A DNA stretch of 64,000 nt from an uncultured Gammaproteobacteria bacterium (GCA_913054495.1 CAJXIY010000003.1:471-64470); one strand, 5' to 3'. Positions 20,352 through 30,265 are shown, counted from the stretch's first letter. A program made the numbers and translations. The notes: generated by a model not told the origin, from the sequence alone.

Positions 20352-20816
20352 TTACTGCGGTATGGAAGTTGTCACCACCGGGCCCATGCCCGTGATCTGA
20401 ACTGTCACCGCTACATCTTTGGCCATGTCGTAGTGGTGGCCACCGGGCGGTTCGTAAATGAACGTGCCCTGTTCCACCCGTCTCATGTTATCGGGATCGT
20501 AGACGTCGGAGTCCGGACCTGTGGACACCCACCAGGTGCCCTTGAGCACGGTAATATACCGCGCCGTGCTGTGAAAGTGAGGCCGGCTGCCGCGGCCTGG
20601 GGCGAAGGTGATCTGAATGACATACAGGCCTGCCTCGCTGGGGTTGCCGTAGACGACGGTGGTTATGCTGCCCTCACTCGGCAGCATGTCATCCGGGCTG
20701 GCGATCATGAAGCCGTGTTCGTCTGGTTCCACAACCTGGCCCGATACCGACTGTATGCCCAGCAACAGTACCCCAAGCAGGCAACTGGTCCACGTAAAGA
20801 TTTGTTTTTGTGTCAT
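20352..20816 (-). CDS. secreted cupin-domain protein
   Basis: The start is taken at MTQKQIF (ATG 20816), preceded by AGGAGA. A signal peptide follows. Cupin His motifs: PHFHSTARY ... GGHHYD. Confidence 0.7.
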   Translation of the reverse strand: MTQKQIFTWTSCLLGVLLLGIQSVSGQVVEPDEHGFMIASPDDMLPSEGSITTVVYGNPSEAGLYVIQITFAPGRGSRPHFHSTARYITVLKGTWWVSTGPDSDVYDPDNMRRVEQGTFIYEPPGGHHYDMAKDVAVTVQITGMGPVVTTSIPQ

Positions 20817-20967
20817 TTTGATCTCCTGGCCCCGATTTATGTAATTTCGTAACTGCCCTGGCTCCAATGATGTTCAGGGGCGGCGTTGCAGTTCAAAGAT
20901 AACATGAGAATTAGCCGGGTTCAGCAATATTAAATCGCCTTCTTCAAGCTCCGGCTAACAAAACCCA

Positions 20968-21037
20968 GGGGGTCAGGTCTTGCATGATGCAAATTCTGCA
21001 TCTGCTTTAGTTTTCGCAATATGCAAGACCCGACCCC
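20968..21037 (-). terminator. compound hairpin downstream of the PQQ gene (probable intrinsic terminator)
   Basis: 17-bp stem with one mismatch (GGGGTCAGGTCTTGCAT / ATGCAAGACCCGACCCC). A nested 6-bp hairpin (GATGCA/TGCATC) sits inside the 35-nt loop. On the minus strand the stem is followed by TTTTGTT. The element begins 5 nt after the stop at 21043. Confidence 0.5.
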
Positions 21038-21042
21038 GTGTT

Positions 21043-23196
21043 CTAATCCGGCAGGGCGAACACCCACAGTGAAGCGCCAGTCGGTGGATTGGTGATGCCG
21101 GCGGTGCGTTCCATGCCGTTGGCGTAGAAACTGCCTGAGTTCGTGGCAATAGCGACAAACTGCTTGCCGTCCACCCGGTAGGTAATCGGGTAGGAGCTGG
21201 GGGAATTATCCAGCCTCTGTTGCCAGAGGATTTCACCGCTACGCTGATCGACTGCCTTAAACCACCGATCGATGGAGCCGGTGAACAGCAAGCCACCATC
21301 GGTAGTGAGATTGCCGCTGGCGGGTGGCGCGAACTGACGCGTGGTCCAGAGCACTTCGCGGGTTTTGAGGTCCACCGCTTTCACCATTCCCCAGAGACCA
21401 TTTTCCTCCGGATTAGGATATTTCTGCCAGCGCTTGCCGGTTAGGTTATTGACGCAGGTGTCCTGCATGGGAATATACAAGATGCCGGAATTAGGATTGT
21501 AGGAGGTGGACTGCATGTTTCTGGCCCCGAGTGCGTCGGGGCAAATACCATTCATTGAAAGCCCGGCCAACACCTGCCCAGGTTCAGGAATCGCCGCGGG
21601 GTTGAGGGTCTTGGCACCGGTTCGTGAATCGATTTCCGTGATCACATTCTGCATGTCGAGATCGATAGAAAACAGATAGTCACCGGTGGCTGCATCCAGC
21701 GCTTCGAAGATGGCTTCCTTGCCACCGGTAACAATTGTCTTGCGCATTTCACCATTGACCGGGAGATTAATGATCTGTCGTTCAAATGCCCAGTCGTGGT
21801 CGAGTTGGTCATTACGCATGTGTTGATAATGCCAGACCAACTCACCGTTATCGGCATTCAGCGCGATTGTGGAGTTCGTGTACAGCGCATCGGTGCTTAT
21901 GTTGGGCGCGTTGGCCAACACTCTTAGGGAATCAGTATCGTAAGTGGGGGCGGGGCCGAAGTAGAGCAGGTTGAGTTCTGCATCGTAGCTGCCTGGAGTC
22001 CAGACCGAGCCACCGGTGCGCTCTTCGAGAGGCAGGCCATTCCAGCTATTTCCGCCGGCAGCATCCGGCCGCGCGATGGTGTAGAAGCGCCAGGCCTCTG
22101 TGCCTGTTTCCAGGTCTACCGCAACGATGAAATTGCCACCTGCAACGGCTCTCTGTCCGGTCAAGCCGATGATGGCCTTGCCATTAACCACCATGGGTGC
22201 GGCCTTGATTGTGTGGTCGGTCTCATTCCCCGTGTCAATCTCATGATCCCAGATCAGTTTACCGGTCTTGCTGTCCAGCGCCAGCAGGTGAACATCTGAC
22301 GTAGCAACGATAATTTTGTCCTCATAGATAGCCACACCTTTCTTTGAATTCGGGGATGCATCGCTAATCAATTCCCGTTGATAACCCCAGAGCAAATCGC
22401 CACTCGCCGCATCGATTGCCTGTACCACATCACCAAAGCTGTAGGCAAATAGCACGCCGTCGTGCACCAGTGGGGTCATCATATTGGCACCGGGGGGCAG
22501 CGACCAGGTCCAGGCCACGCGCAGCTCATCGACATTACTGGTGTCGATTTGATCCAGCGGGCTATGACCCAGGTTTTCGTGGGTGCGTCGCCATACCAGC
22601 CAGTCGTCCGCCGGTGGATTCATCAGCATGGCATTGCTAACCGGCGATAGTTCGTCGAGACGACTGGTGGGGAACAGGGGGCCATTGCTTGCGTAGCCTG
22701 GAATGCGCGGCGTAAAGGGTTGGTCAACGAGGGCCTGGGCTGGAACCATGAGGTCACCGAGGTCGGCCAGCGCTTCCGGCAATGCTGTGGCACCTGCGGT
22801 AACACCGTTTTGTTGCAGCATATAAGCGAGAATCTGGCTATAGACTCGCGCTCCGAGGCCACCAGCGACTGTGGGCGGCATGCGCTGTAAATTTGCCGCA
22901 AGGGCCTCTATCGGTTTGTCGCCCCAGCGCCGGCTAAAAAAGTTTCCGCTGAGGCTGGGTGCCAGTTCGAAACCTTCCAGGCTATAACCGTGGCAAATTG
23001 CGCATTGTTCATTGTATTCACGCTCACCTTGCGCCGCCTGCTCAGCGGTGAATCCAGCAGGGGCCAGACTCTGATCTTGGGCTATTGCCGGGGCGGCGAA
23101 GAGCAATAGGCAACAGACTGTTAGCGGGTAGTGACGGAGTCTATTTGCTAACCAGCTACGATTTGTATTTATTCTGCTATCGATCATCGTTAACAC
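21043..23196 (-). CDS. quinohemoprotein-like dehydrogenase: N-terminal cytochrome c domain fused to a PQQ beta-propeller
   Basis: 717 aa with a signal peptide and a CAICH heme motif at residues 65-69. About 580 aa of Trp-rich propeller repeats follow, typical of PQQ dehydrogenases. Confidence 0.8.
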   Translation of the reverse strand: MLTMIDSRINTNRSWLANRLRHYPLTVCCLLLFAAPAIAQDQSLAPAGFTAEQAAQGEREYNEQCAICHGYSLEGFELAPSLSGNFFSRRWGDKPIEALAANLQRMPPTVAGGLGARVYSQILAYMLQQNGVTAGATALPEALADLGDLMVPAQALVDQPFTPRIPGYASNGPLFPTSRLDELSPVSNAMLMNPPADDWLVWRRTHENLGHSPLDQIDTSNVDELRVAWTWSLPPGANMMTPLVHDGVLFAYSFGDVVQAIDAASGDLLWGYQRELISDASPNSKKGVAIYEDKIIVATSDVHLLALDSKTGKLIWDHEIDTGNETDHTIKAAPMVVNGKAIIGLTGQRAVAGGNFIVAVDLETGTEAWRFYTIARPDAAGGNSWNGLPLEERTGGSVWTPGSYDAELNLLYFGPAPTYDTDSLRVLANAPNISTDALYTNSTIALNADNGELVWHYQHMRNDQLDHDWAFERQIINLPVNGEMRKTIVTGGKEAIFEALDAATGDYLFSIDLDMQNVITEIDSRTGAKTLNPAAIPEPGQVLAGLSMNGICPDALGARNMQSTSYNPNSGILYIPMQDTCVNNLTGKRWQKYPNPEENGLWGMVKAVDLKTREVLWTTRQFAPPASGNLTTDGGLLFTGSIDRWFKAVDQRSGEILWQQRLDNSPSSYPITYRVDGKQFVAIATNSGSFYANGMERTAGITNPPTGASLWVFALPD

Positions 23197-23411
23197 CTTT
23201 TCAGATTTTTAGGCAATTGCTCGGATCTATAATTTCGTTGTCATCCCATCGTTGGCTGCGGCTGGCTGACCGGCACCAGCTAAATGTTGGGAAGCAGTCA
23301 TTTAGCCAGTTTCCGCGGGTCCAGTCAAAATCCATTGCCAAGCGCAAGCTGCGGTCCGAGTTGGGATTAACCTTGTCGTGGGTTGAGAATTTGATTCTAA
23401 GCTCAGGTCTT

Positions 23412-24971
23412 TTAGGGTCGCGGCGTTCTCGATTTGGGTCCCAACTGCGTCGCAGTAATGTCATAGGCCAGCTCCACCCAGTCGCATATCAGCGGGCGGG
23501 TGTCTCTGGGGTCTATGACTTCCTCGATGCCGAAGGCCTCTGCGGTACGGAAAGGAGAGCGATATTGCTCCAGCATGTCTTCTAGTTCGCGCCGGCGTGC
23601 GTCGGGGTTATCCGCCGCTTCGATATCACGGCGATAGGCGGCCTGGACACCGCCTTCGATAGGTAAGGAACCCCAGTCGGCCGAGGGCCAGGCGTAGCGC
23701 AGATTAAGCCGATCGGCGTTGCCATGGCCAGCACCGGCGACACCATAGCAGCGACGGATTATCACCGACACCCAGGGTATTGTGGCCTGGTAGCAGGCCA
23801 TCAGCGCCCGGCTGCCGAGTCGTACCGTACCTTCTTCCTCGGCCTCGGAGCCGATGAGAAAGCCCGGGTTATCGACGAGATTTAGCATCGGCAGGTGGAA
23901 GGTGTCGCAGAGATCGACGAAACGCATCATTTTTTCTGATGCGCTGGCATTGACGGCGCCACCATGGTGACAGGTGTCATTCGCCATGATGCCAATGGCA
24001 TAACCATCGAGACGGGCGAGACCAACCACCAGAGACTCTCCATAGCCAGGGTTGATTTCGAAAAAAGACTCCGCGTCTACGATAGCGTGAATCACTTCTC
24101 TAATCTGATACATCTGGCGCCTGTCACGGGGTATAACAGATAGCAGAGATTCGTCGCGTCGCTCGACAGAGTCATCGGATTCAATTCTGGGTGGTGGCTG
24201 CCAGACATTCTGTGGCAGGTAGGAAAGGAAATTCCTGATGATATCGAATGCCTCCTGTTCAGTCTCCACCTCATTGTCGACGGCGCCGCTGCCGTGAGCA
24301 TGTATCTGTGAGCCCCCCAGTTCATTCTTGCCAACCGGTTTGCCAAATCCCCTCTCGACTACCGGCGGACCTGCCACAAACAGCTGACTGGTCTCCTTGA
24401 TCATCAGGGAAAAATGAGAAATGGTAGTGCGTACGGCACCGAGGCCGGCTACTGATCCCATACAGGCACAGACTACAGGCACTTGGCCCATCAGCTGCAT
24501 CGTAGTTTCGAAGCCGTGGAGCGCGGGGACGTAGGAATGGCCAACTATTTCCAAGGTCTTGACACTGCCGCCGCCGCCGCTGCCATCGATCAGCCGCACC
24601 AGTGGCATGCGCATTTCCAGCGCGTATTGCTCGCCGTAGCCGGACTTGTCACCGACCTTGGCATCGGCGGCACCACCACGGACCGTAAAATCATCACCGC
24701 CGATGACGACGCGACGCCCGTTGATTCTGGCCGTGCCAAGCACGAAGTTTGAAGGTGTAAAACTTTCCAGCTCGCCGTCTTCGGAATAGCGGGCCTTGCC
24801 CGCCAGGGCGCCGATCTCATGAAAGGAATTGTCATCGGCGAGGACATCGATTCTCTCCCGCACTGTGAGGCGACCATTGTCATGCTGGCGCTGAATGCGC
24901 TCATCACCGCCCATTTGTTTGGCGAGTTCCTCGCGACGCCTCAGCTCATCTACTTCGTCCTGCCAGCTCAT
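23412..24971 (-). CDS. acyl-CoA carboxylase carboxyltransferase (beta) subunit
   Basis: 519 aa. The two-lobed carboxyltransferase pattern is present, with N- and C-terminal crotonase-like halves (...GGGARIQEG-like / GAAYV-like segments). No biotin carboxylase or BCCP gene is in the window. Confidence 0.8.
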   Translation of the reverse strand: MSWQDEVDELRRREELAKQMGGDERIQRQHDNGRLTVRERIDVLADDNSFHEIGALAGKARYSEDGELESFTPSNFVLGTARINGRRVVIGGDDFTVRGGAADAKVGDKSGYGEQYALEMRMPLVRLIDGSGGGGSVKTLEIVGHSYVPALHGFETTMQLMGQVPVVCACMGSVAGLGAVRTTISHFSLMIKETSQLFVAGPPVVERGFGKPVGKNELGGSQIHAHGSGAVDNEVETEQEAFDIIRNFLSYLPQNVWQPPPRIESDDSVERRDESLLSVIPRDRRQMYQIREVIHAIVDAESFFEINPGYGESLVVGLARLDGYAIGIMANDTCHHGGAVNASASEKMMRFVDLCDTFHLPMLNLVDNPGFLIGSEAEEEGTVRLGSRALMACYQATIPWVSVIIRRCYGVAGAGHGNADRLNLRYAWPSADWGSLPIEGGVQAAYRRDIEAADNPDARRRELEDMLEQYRSPFRTAEAFGIEEVIDPRDTRPLICDWVELAYDITATQLGPKSRTPRP

Positions 24972-25058
24972 GGAATCTCCTTAATCGGGGCGAGCCAACT
25001 TAAATTAATCTCCAGCCCCAGCCTCGTGCAAGCGGATATGCACTGTAAACGAGTGAGA

Positions 25059-26291
25059 TCAGGCCAATTCCGGTATCCGCTGAATTCGCTGGGCTTTGAT
25101 ACGGATATAGAACAGACAGAGAATGGCAAAATTGATAACACCCATAAATCCTGCAAAAGCGAAGGATAGCTTGTAGTCACCGTTGATGTCGAAAAACATG
25201 CCGCCGAAGAATCCGCCCATGCCCATGCCGCTCCAACCGAAAAATGAAGTCAGACTCATCGCCCGAGCTGAAAAGCGGGCGGAGACCATCATGCGGACAC
25301 AGACCAGAATGCTGGACATTACGCCGGAATAGGTAAAGCCAAAGAAGATTGCCAACAGGTACAGTGCCGCGGCCTGATCGATATGTGGAAACCACAATAC
25401 GGAAAGCGCCTGGCCCGCGGACATCAACATATAGGTGGGCAGGGCACCAATTACATCCCCCAGCTTGCCGCCCAAGATTCGGCCGACGCCGCCGGAGAGC
25501 ATGAGGACCAGAAGCACACTGGTGGCAAATTCGACGCTGCGGCTGTCATCGGTGAGCATGGGCACCAGGTGTACTATGGGCACAGACATGCAGATGCAGC
25601 AAAACATGATGGCGCTGCTGATCCAAATGATCACTTCCTTTTCCGACAGCGGAAAGTGCCTGACCTCCCTCTCGGGCGCCTTTCTCGCCTGTTCTCTTCT
25701 CGGCGACTCACGAATCAGTAGGGCGATTGGCAAGGAAATGACGAGATAGACGACCGCCATCAGGACATAGCTGGTCTGCCAGCCATAAGAACTTATTGAG
25801 ATGCCTACAAGAAATGGAACGATGCCTTGTCCGATGGCGCCGCCGGAAGCGGTAACACCCAGGGCCAGCCCTGGTTTTTGGCGGAACCAGAAACCTACAT
25901 TGGCAAACAGGGGTGTGCTGACCATGGCATTGCCGAAAGCGCCGAACAGAAAATAGAAGGCATAGAACTGAAACAGATTATTAAGTCCGCTCAGCAGAAA
26001 CAGGCTGAGCGCCATGACGAGAGCGCCAATGACTCCAAACCAGCGGGTACCGAAGTGATCTGCGACATAACCCCAAAGTATGCCGAACGATGCCGATGAT
26101 AATGCGATCGCCGTGTAGCCAAGCGAGGTCTCGGCGCGACCCCAGCCGAATTCAGCCGCCAGCGGCTTCAGGAAAACCGATATGGAACCGAGGGCGCCGA
26201 AGGACAATCCACTCAAGGTGAAGACAACAAACACCATGACCCAGCCGTAAACGGGGTCGCGTTCGTAGTTCTGGGAAGATGTTGCGCTCAT
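25059..26291 (-). CDS. MFS transporter
   Basis: 410 aa with about 12 hydrophobic segments. Confidence 0.75.
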   Translation of the reverse strand: MSATSSQNYERDPVYGWVMVFVVFTLSGLSFGALGSISVFLKPLAAEFGWGRAETSLGYTAIALSSASFGILWGYVADHFGTRWFGVIGALVMALSLFLLSGLNNLFQFYAFYFLFGAFGNAMVSTPLFANVGFWFRQKPGLALGVTASGGAIGQGIVPFLVGISISSYGWQTSYVLMAVVYLVISLPIALLIRESPRREQARKAPEREVRHFPLSEKEVIIWISSAIMFCCICMSVPIVHLVPMLTDDSRSVEFATSVLLVLMLSGGVGRILGGKLGDVIGALPTYMLMSAGQALSVLWFPHIDQAAALYLLAIFFGFTYSGVMSSILVCVRMMVSARFSARAMSLTSFFGWSGMGMGGFFGGMFFDINGDYKLSFAFAGFMGVINFAILCLFYIRIKAQRIQRIPELA

Positions 26292-26456
26292 GCGTGAATC
26301 GAAATAGACAAATTATTGAATTCTTAATCAGGGCTTCCCCTGCTCGAAGGCCTGTTGGCCTATCGATCTATGGGTTCGCAAGTATAGGGGAAGCAGGAGT
26401 GATTCCTTAATCATTTTTACAATGCATCAAAAATTTATCCCCGATGCTGGTGCAGA

Positions 26457-28049
26457 TCAGGGGGCTACACAGCGAAAATTCGCGGCCTCGTCGGTGTTAC
26501 CGCTGCCGTTGTAGTTTGCGACTTCCGGGTACACACACAATGGCCGGGTTCTCACGACTTCACCGCCAACGATCTTAGAAGCGATGATCGATTCCGGCGC
26601 GATGTCTCTCTCAACCCAGTTCTCGAGGGCGGTGAGTGCGTCGAAGCGGTCGGGACCCGGACCGCCGGCGCAGTGGCCCATGCCTGGGACCATGAACAGG
26701 CGGAAGAAATCCTGGGTTTGAGCCAGGGCGCTCTGCCAATTGACGGCCCTGGTGTCGTCGGCGATCACGTCGACCACGCTGTCGAAATAATTGATCGATG
26801 CCACGGGAGAAATATCCGCATCACTCCAGCCATGATAAACAATGAGTTTGGCGCCGTTGTCGCGGAACCGCCGCAGATCAGGATCATCGGAATCCACGGC
26901 GGAACCGACTTTTTCCAGGGCATATTCCAGGTCCTTGTCGAAGTCGAAGCTGCGAAAATCCCAGTCGGCATCATCGAACACAAACCAGCGGAAGAAACCT
27001 TCGCCGCCGCGCCAGTGCAGGGACCTATAAGGTTCACTGCCGGTTACCCAGGTGGACCAGCCACCAGGCGCGGATTCGCCACCGGGGACCAGGCCGGGAT
27101 AGATCAATTCACCGGCGGAATTAGTGACACCGGACCATATTTTTTCGACGGCGCTGACCTGTTTCGGTGTCAGGCAGGAGTTGTTGTCGGTGCCGGCGGG
27201 GCAGGTGAGAGTCGACGGCTGGAAATTGCAGGCGAGAGGGTTCTGCAGGATGCCATCCTCGATACCGTCGATGGCATCGCATGCCACATTCACGGCGTCG
27301 CCTAGTGCTGGTAACTTGGCGGGGGGTATATAGCTGCCTTCGTCGTCCAGCATCGCCTGGGAATACCACAGGTGGGAACCGGCGTAGAAACGGGTCCAGG
27401 CGTTGGCCGGGTCACCGGCGATGATGCCATCGAAATCATCGGGATAACGCTGCGCTTCCATCAGGCCCTGTTGTCCGCCCTTGGAGCAACCAACATAATA
27501 GGAGTAAATTGGTGGTGCGCTATAAAATGCAGTAGTTACCTGCTTGGCGTTGACTGTGGTGAGGTGCAGGGCGCGATGGCCAAAGTCTTCGATCAAGTCC
27601 GATCGGCCCGACGCCCAGGAGGCATCGAATGGAATGGGTCCGGCCTCGTGGCCGGTATCGGTGCTGGCGGTGGCATAGCCCCGGCGCAGTGCATTGGCCA
27701 TGGCGCCGTAGCTGATCGTACCCGCCATGCCGCCGTTGCCCACGCTCTGATATTTGCCATTCCAATCCGAAGTTGGCAACCATACTTCAAAATTTACCGC
27801 CGGCGCAGTAACGCCCACCAGGCGACAAAACCGGGGTAATTGCATGGCGTTGCTTGTACCCGGGGCGATGAATGAATTTTCCACAACCGTCTCCGTTAAC
27901 GAGATGGTGGTGTCGGGCAACAACAGCTTGCCAAGTTGATCGCAGGATTGCTCGAGGTCGGTCGTGTCCTGAGCGGTGGCCAGTGTGGAACACAGGATTA
28001 AAGCCAGCATCGCTACTAGTCTGCTTTTAATAAAACTACATATTCTCAT
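26457..28049 (-). CDS. tannase/feruloyl esterase-family alpha/beta hydrolase, secreted
   Basis: 530 aa with a signal peptide. The nucleophile motif GCSKGGQQG (GCSxGG) and multiple conserved Cys are typical of the tannase family. Confidence 0.8.
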   Translation of the reverse strand: MRICSFIKSRLVAMLALILCSTLATAQDTTDLEQSCDQLGKLLLPDTTISLTETVVENSFIAPGTSNAMQLPRFCRLVGVTAPAVNFEVWLPTSDWNGKYQSVGNGGMAGTISYGAMANALRRGYATASTDTGHEAGPIPFDASWASGRSDLIEDFGHRALHLTTVNAKQVTTAFYSAPPIYSYYVGCSKGGQQGLMEAQRYPDDFDGIIAGDPANAWTRFYAGSHLWYSQAMLDDEGSYIPPAKLPALGDAVNVACDAIDGIEDGILQNPLACNFQPSTLTCPAGTDNNSCLTPKQVSAVEKIWSGVTNSAGELIYPGLVPGGESAPGGWSTWVTGSEPYRSLHWRGGEGFFRWFVFDDADWDFRSFDFDKDLEYALEKVGSAVDSDDPDLRRFRDNGAKLIVYHGWSDADISPVASINYFDSVVDVIADDTRAVNWQSALAQTQDFFRLFMVPGMGHCAGGPGPDRFDALTALENWVERDIAPESIIASKIVGGEVVRTRPLCVYPEVANYNGSGNTDEAANFRCVAP

Positions 28050-28115
28050 TGCACCTTTCCTCTGCTGACATTTTAAGGCTGCCTCGATTTTTACGAATTT
28101 GATTTTTTGTGCAAT

Positions 28116-28155
28116 AACTTTTCAAAAATTAACTTTTCAAATTGAACTTTCCAAA
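28116..28155 (-). promoter_or_regulatory. three phased direct repeats AACTTT(T/C)CAAA upstream of the tannase-family gene
   Basis: AACTTTTCAAA at 28116-28126 and 28131-28141, and AACTTTCCAAA at 28145-28155, giving a 14-15 bp period. They lie 67-106 nt upstream of the start at 28049. Confidence 0.4.
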
Positions 28156-28164
28156 CTTGCCCTT

Positions 28165-29262
28165 TTAGAAATTTACTTTAGCAATCGCGATGCCACTTTC
28201 ACCACCGATGGCATAAAACAAATAGACGTCCTCACCTTCGACCAGAATTGCCGGATCTCTCAGTTGATTTACCAGGCCATAGGCCGTACTTCGTACCGAA
28301 GGTTCATTGGGAGAATTTGCCCCTTCCCAGTCCCGCTCAGGTTGCATGAGTAAGACCGGTTCGGTTTCCTTCCATTGTTCCCAGTCGCCGCTAATGTCTA
28401 TGGTGCTCAGCAATATGCTTTCAGGCATGTCGCCGACGCGAGTCCAAAATACATACAGTGTGTTATCCCGCTTTAACAGGGCAGCATGGCGCATATTTGC
28501 TACGAATAAGCGCGGACCGGTCTCGAAGTCCGTAAATCCATCTTCGGATCGATAGAATTGTCCAGGCATGGACATGATGTAGGTCGCACTATCATGTTGA
28601 AATGCACGCATATAGGTGCGGCCGAGGTTTTGTGGCTGCGCGGTAAAATGGATACCGTCTCTGGAAGTAGCCACCCGAGAATATTGTTGGCCCACATCGG
28701 CCAGGCCGTGATAGTACATGATGAACTGCTGCCTGGTTTCGTCGATGTGAATATCCGGGGAAGCGATGTGTGGTGTGGTGAGTTCGGTAACCAGATCGTG
28801 TGAGAATTTCACTCCTCGGGCTTCCCTGGCCGCCACTAATTCCTCCAGTCTTGCCTCAGAGACCTGCGGTGGTTCCGTAAGGAAAAAAGATTCTGCTATT
28901 TGCAGGCTGCCGGGTGCATGAATCTGCCAGGGACCGGTGATATCGTCGGCGTAGGCGAGGCGGATATATAAGCCCTTATGGTCGGCGAAGTACAGATAGT
29001 ATCGTCCCAGGGGATTTTGCACCCAATCCGGTACCCGCAGCGCCGTGGGACCCTGAATATTTTCTCCGATGCTGGGATGCATACCTGGTCCGATAATGGC
29101 TGCGTCTACGAGCCTTGTGAGGCTTACACTGCCGACATCGGCTTGCTGTCCCTGTGAAAATGCCGGCGCGAGCAATGAGCCGATGGAAATAAGAATAAAC
29201 AGCAGAGCAGTTTCGACAGGTCGGATTCTGGGGGCAGAAAGATTCATAAGCATTGGTCTCAT
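28165..29262 (-). CDS. secreted hypothetical protein (possibly a beta-propeller glycosidase-like fold)
   Basis: 365 aa with a signal peptide. GPTALRVPDWVQNPLGRYYLYFADHKG resembles the first blade of GH43/32-clan-like proteins, but the assignment is weak. Confidence 0.5.
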   Translation of the reverse strand: MRPMLMNLSAPRIRPVETALLFILISIGSLLAPAFSQGQQADVGSVSLTRLVDAAIIGPGMHPSIGENIQGPTALRVPDWVQNPLGRYYLYFADHKGLYIRLAYADDITGPWQIHAPGSLQIAESFFLTEPPQVSEARLEELVAAREARGVKFSHDLVTELTTPHIASPDIHIDETRQQFIMYYHGLADVGQQYSRVATSRDGIHFTAQPQNLGRTYMRAFQHDSATYIMSMPGQFYRSEDGFTDFETGPRLFVANMRHAALLKRDNTLYVFWTRVGDMPESILLSTIDISGDWEQWKETEPVLLMQPERDWEGANSPNEPSVRSTAYGLVNQLRDPAILVEGEDVYLFYAIGGESGIAIAKVNF

Positions 29263-29380
29263 TGCGCAACTTCATTTGGGACGAAGAGTAAGAGCGGCAG
29301 TGTTAAATGTCTAGGGTATCACTGGTTTATTCAGGGGACCCCTGATAGCGTAGGCGCCGCTGTCCGTTTTTTACGACGAC

Positions 29381-30265
29381 CTAATCGATAACATCCGCGC
29401 CCATCTTCACGCGATTTGTTGGCAAGTCGACAAAATCTCCTTGCCGTTTGTCCCGCCCCGCAGCCATGGCTTCATTGATCTCGGCCGCTTGCAGCATGCT
29501 GGCATTCCAGATGCCAATGTAGTCGAGGCTGTCGGCGGTGCTGTGATCCCTGGCATAATTAATGATGCGCTTGCTGCCATAGATGGCCAGTGGCGCCTTC
29601 GCTGCGATCGCTCTGGCGATGTCCATTACCGCTTCCAGCATGGCGTCATGATCGGGGAACACCGCATTCACCAGGCCCAGGGCCCTGGCTTCTTGCGCCA
29701 GCATGCGCCGGCCGGTATAGGCCAGTTCCTTGACCACGCCTTCGGGAATCAGCCGGGTAAGTCGGGGAAAGGTACCGACATCGGCGGTCATGCCAATATT
29801 GATTTCAAATATGGTGAGAAACCCATCTGCTGTCATGTAACGCATGTCACAAGCCGTGATCAGATCGACGCCGCCGCCGATGGCTCCTCCCTGAATAGCA
29901 GCGAGCACTGGCACCCGGCAGTTTTCAAGACAGGAAAAAGTCTGTTGCATGTACTTGACGGTGTCGTAGAATTTGGCGCTGCGTTGGCGCTCGAGTTTTT
30001 CCAGGGTCTCCTGATTGTTGCTATTTTCGATAGTGCTTCCAAACACGGCGGTGTCCAGGCCCGAAGTAAAGTGTGGGCCGGTCGAAGACAGTACAATCAC
30101 TCGCGCTCTTGCGTGGTCATCCAGATCCTTGATGATGGCAGGCAGTTCATCCCAAAATTCCGGGATCATGCTGTTGCGCTTATCGGGTCGATTCAGCACG
30201 ATGTGGGCAATATTTTTCTCTATTGAGACATCGAAGCATTTATAAGTCACGGCATAGCTCCCCAT
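29381..30265 (-). CDS. enoyl-CoA hydratase/isomerase (crotonase) family protein, dienoyl-CoA isomerase-like
   Basis: 294 aa with a crotonase fold pattern (NRPDKRN...; GGAIGGGVDLITACDMRY). Confidence 0.85.
   Translation of the reverse strand: MGSYAVTYKCFDVSIEKNIAHIVLNRPDKRNSMIPEFWDELPAIIKDLDDHARARVIVLSSTGPHFTSGLDTAVFGSTIENSNNQETLEKLERQRSAKFYDTVKYMQQTFSCLENCRVPVLAAIQGGAIGGGVDLITACDMRYMTADGFLTIFEINIGMTADVGTFPRLTRLIPEGVVKELAYTGRRMLAQEARALGLVNAVFPDHDAMLEAVMDIARAIAAKAPLAIYGSKRIINYARDHSTADSLDYIGIWNASMLQAAEINEAMAAGRDKRQGDFVDLPTNRVKMGADVID

Noticed and set aside
20973-21299. 108-aa ORF spanning the hairpin and the 3' end of the PQQ gene
   Set aside because: It overlaps a strongly supported gene in another frame and runs through a structured terminator-like element.
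23085-23585. ORFs 23085-23585 (plus strand) and 23201-23464 (minus strand) in and around the PQQ / carboxyltransferase spacer
   Set aside because: Both overlap the ends of well-supported genes. I recognised no motifs, and the true non-coding gap is only 215 nt.
28116-28155. AACTTTTCAAA repeats read as a CRISPR array
   Set aside because: The units are only 11 bp with spacers of 3-4 bp, there are only three copies, and no cas genes are present.
26673-30226. Antisense ORFs 26673-27305 (within the tannase gene) and 29441-30226 (within the crotonase gene)
   Set aside because: Neither has a recognisable domain, RBS or start context. The sense-strand genes carry diagnostic motifs (GCSxGG; crotonase fold).
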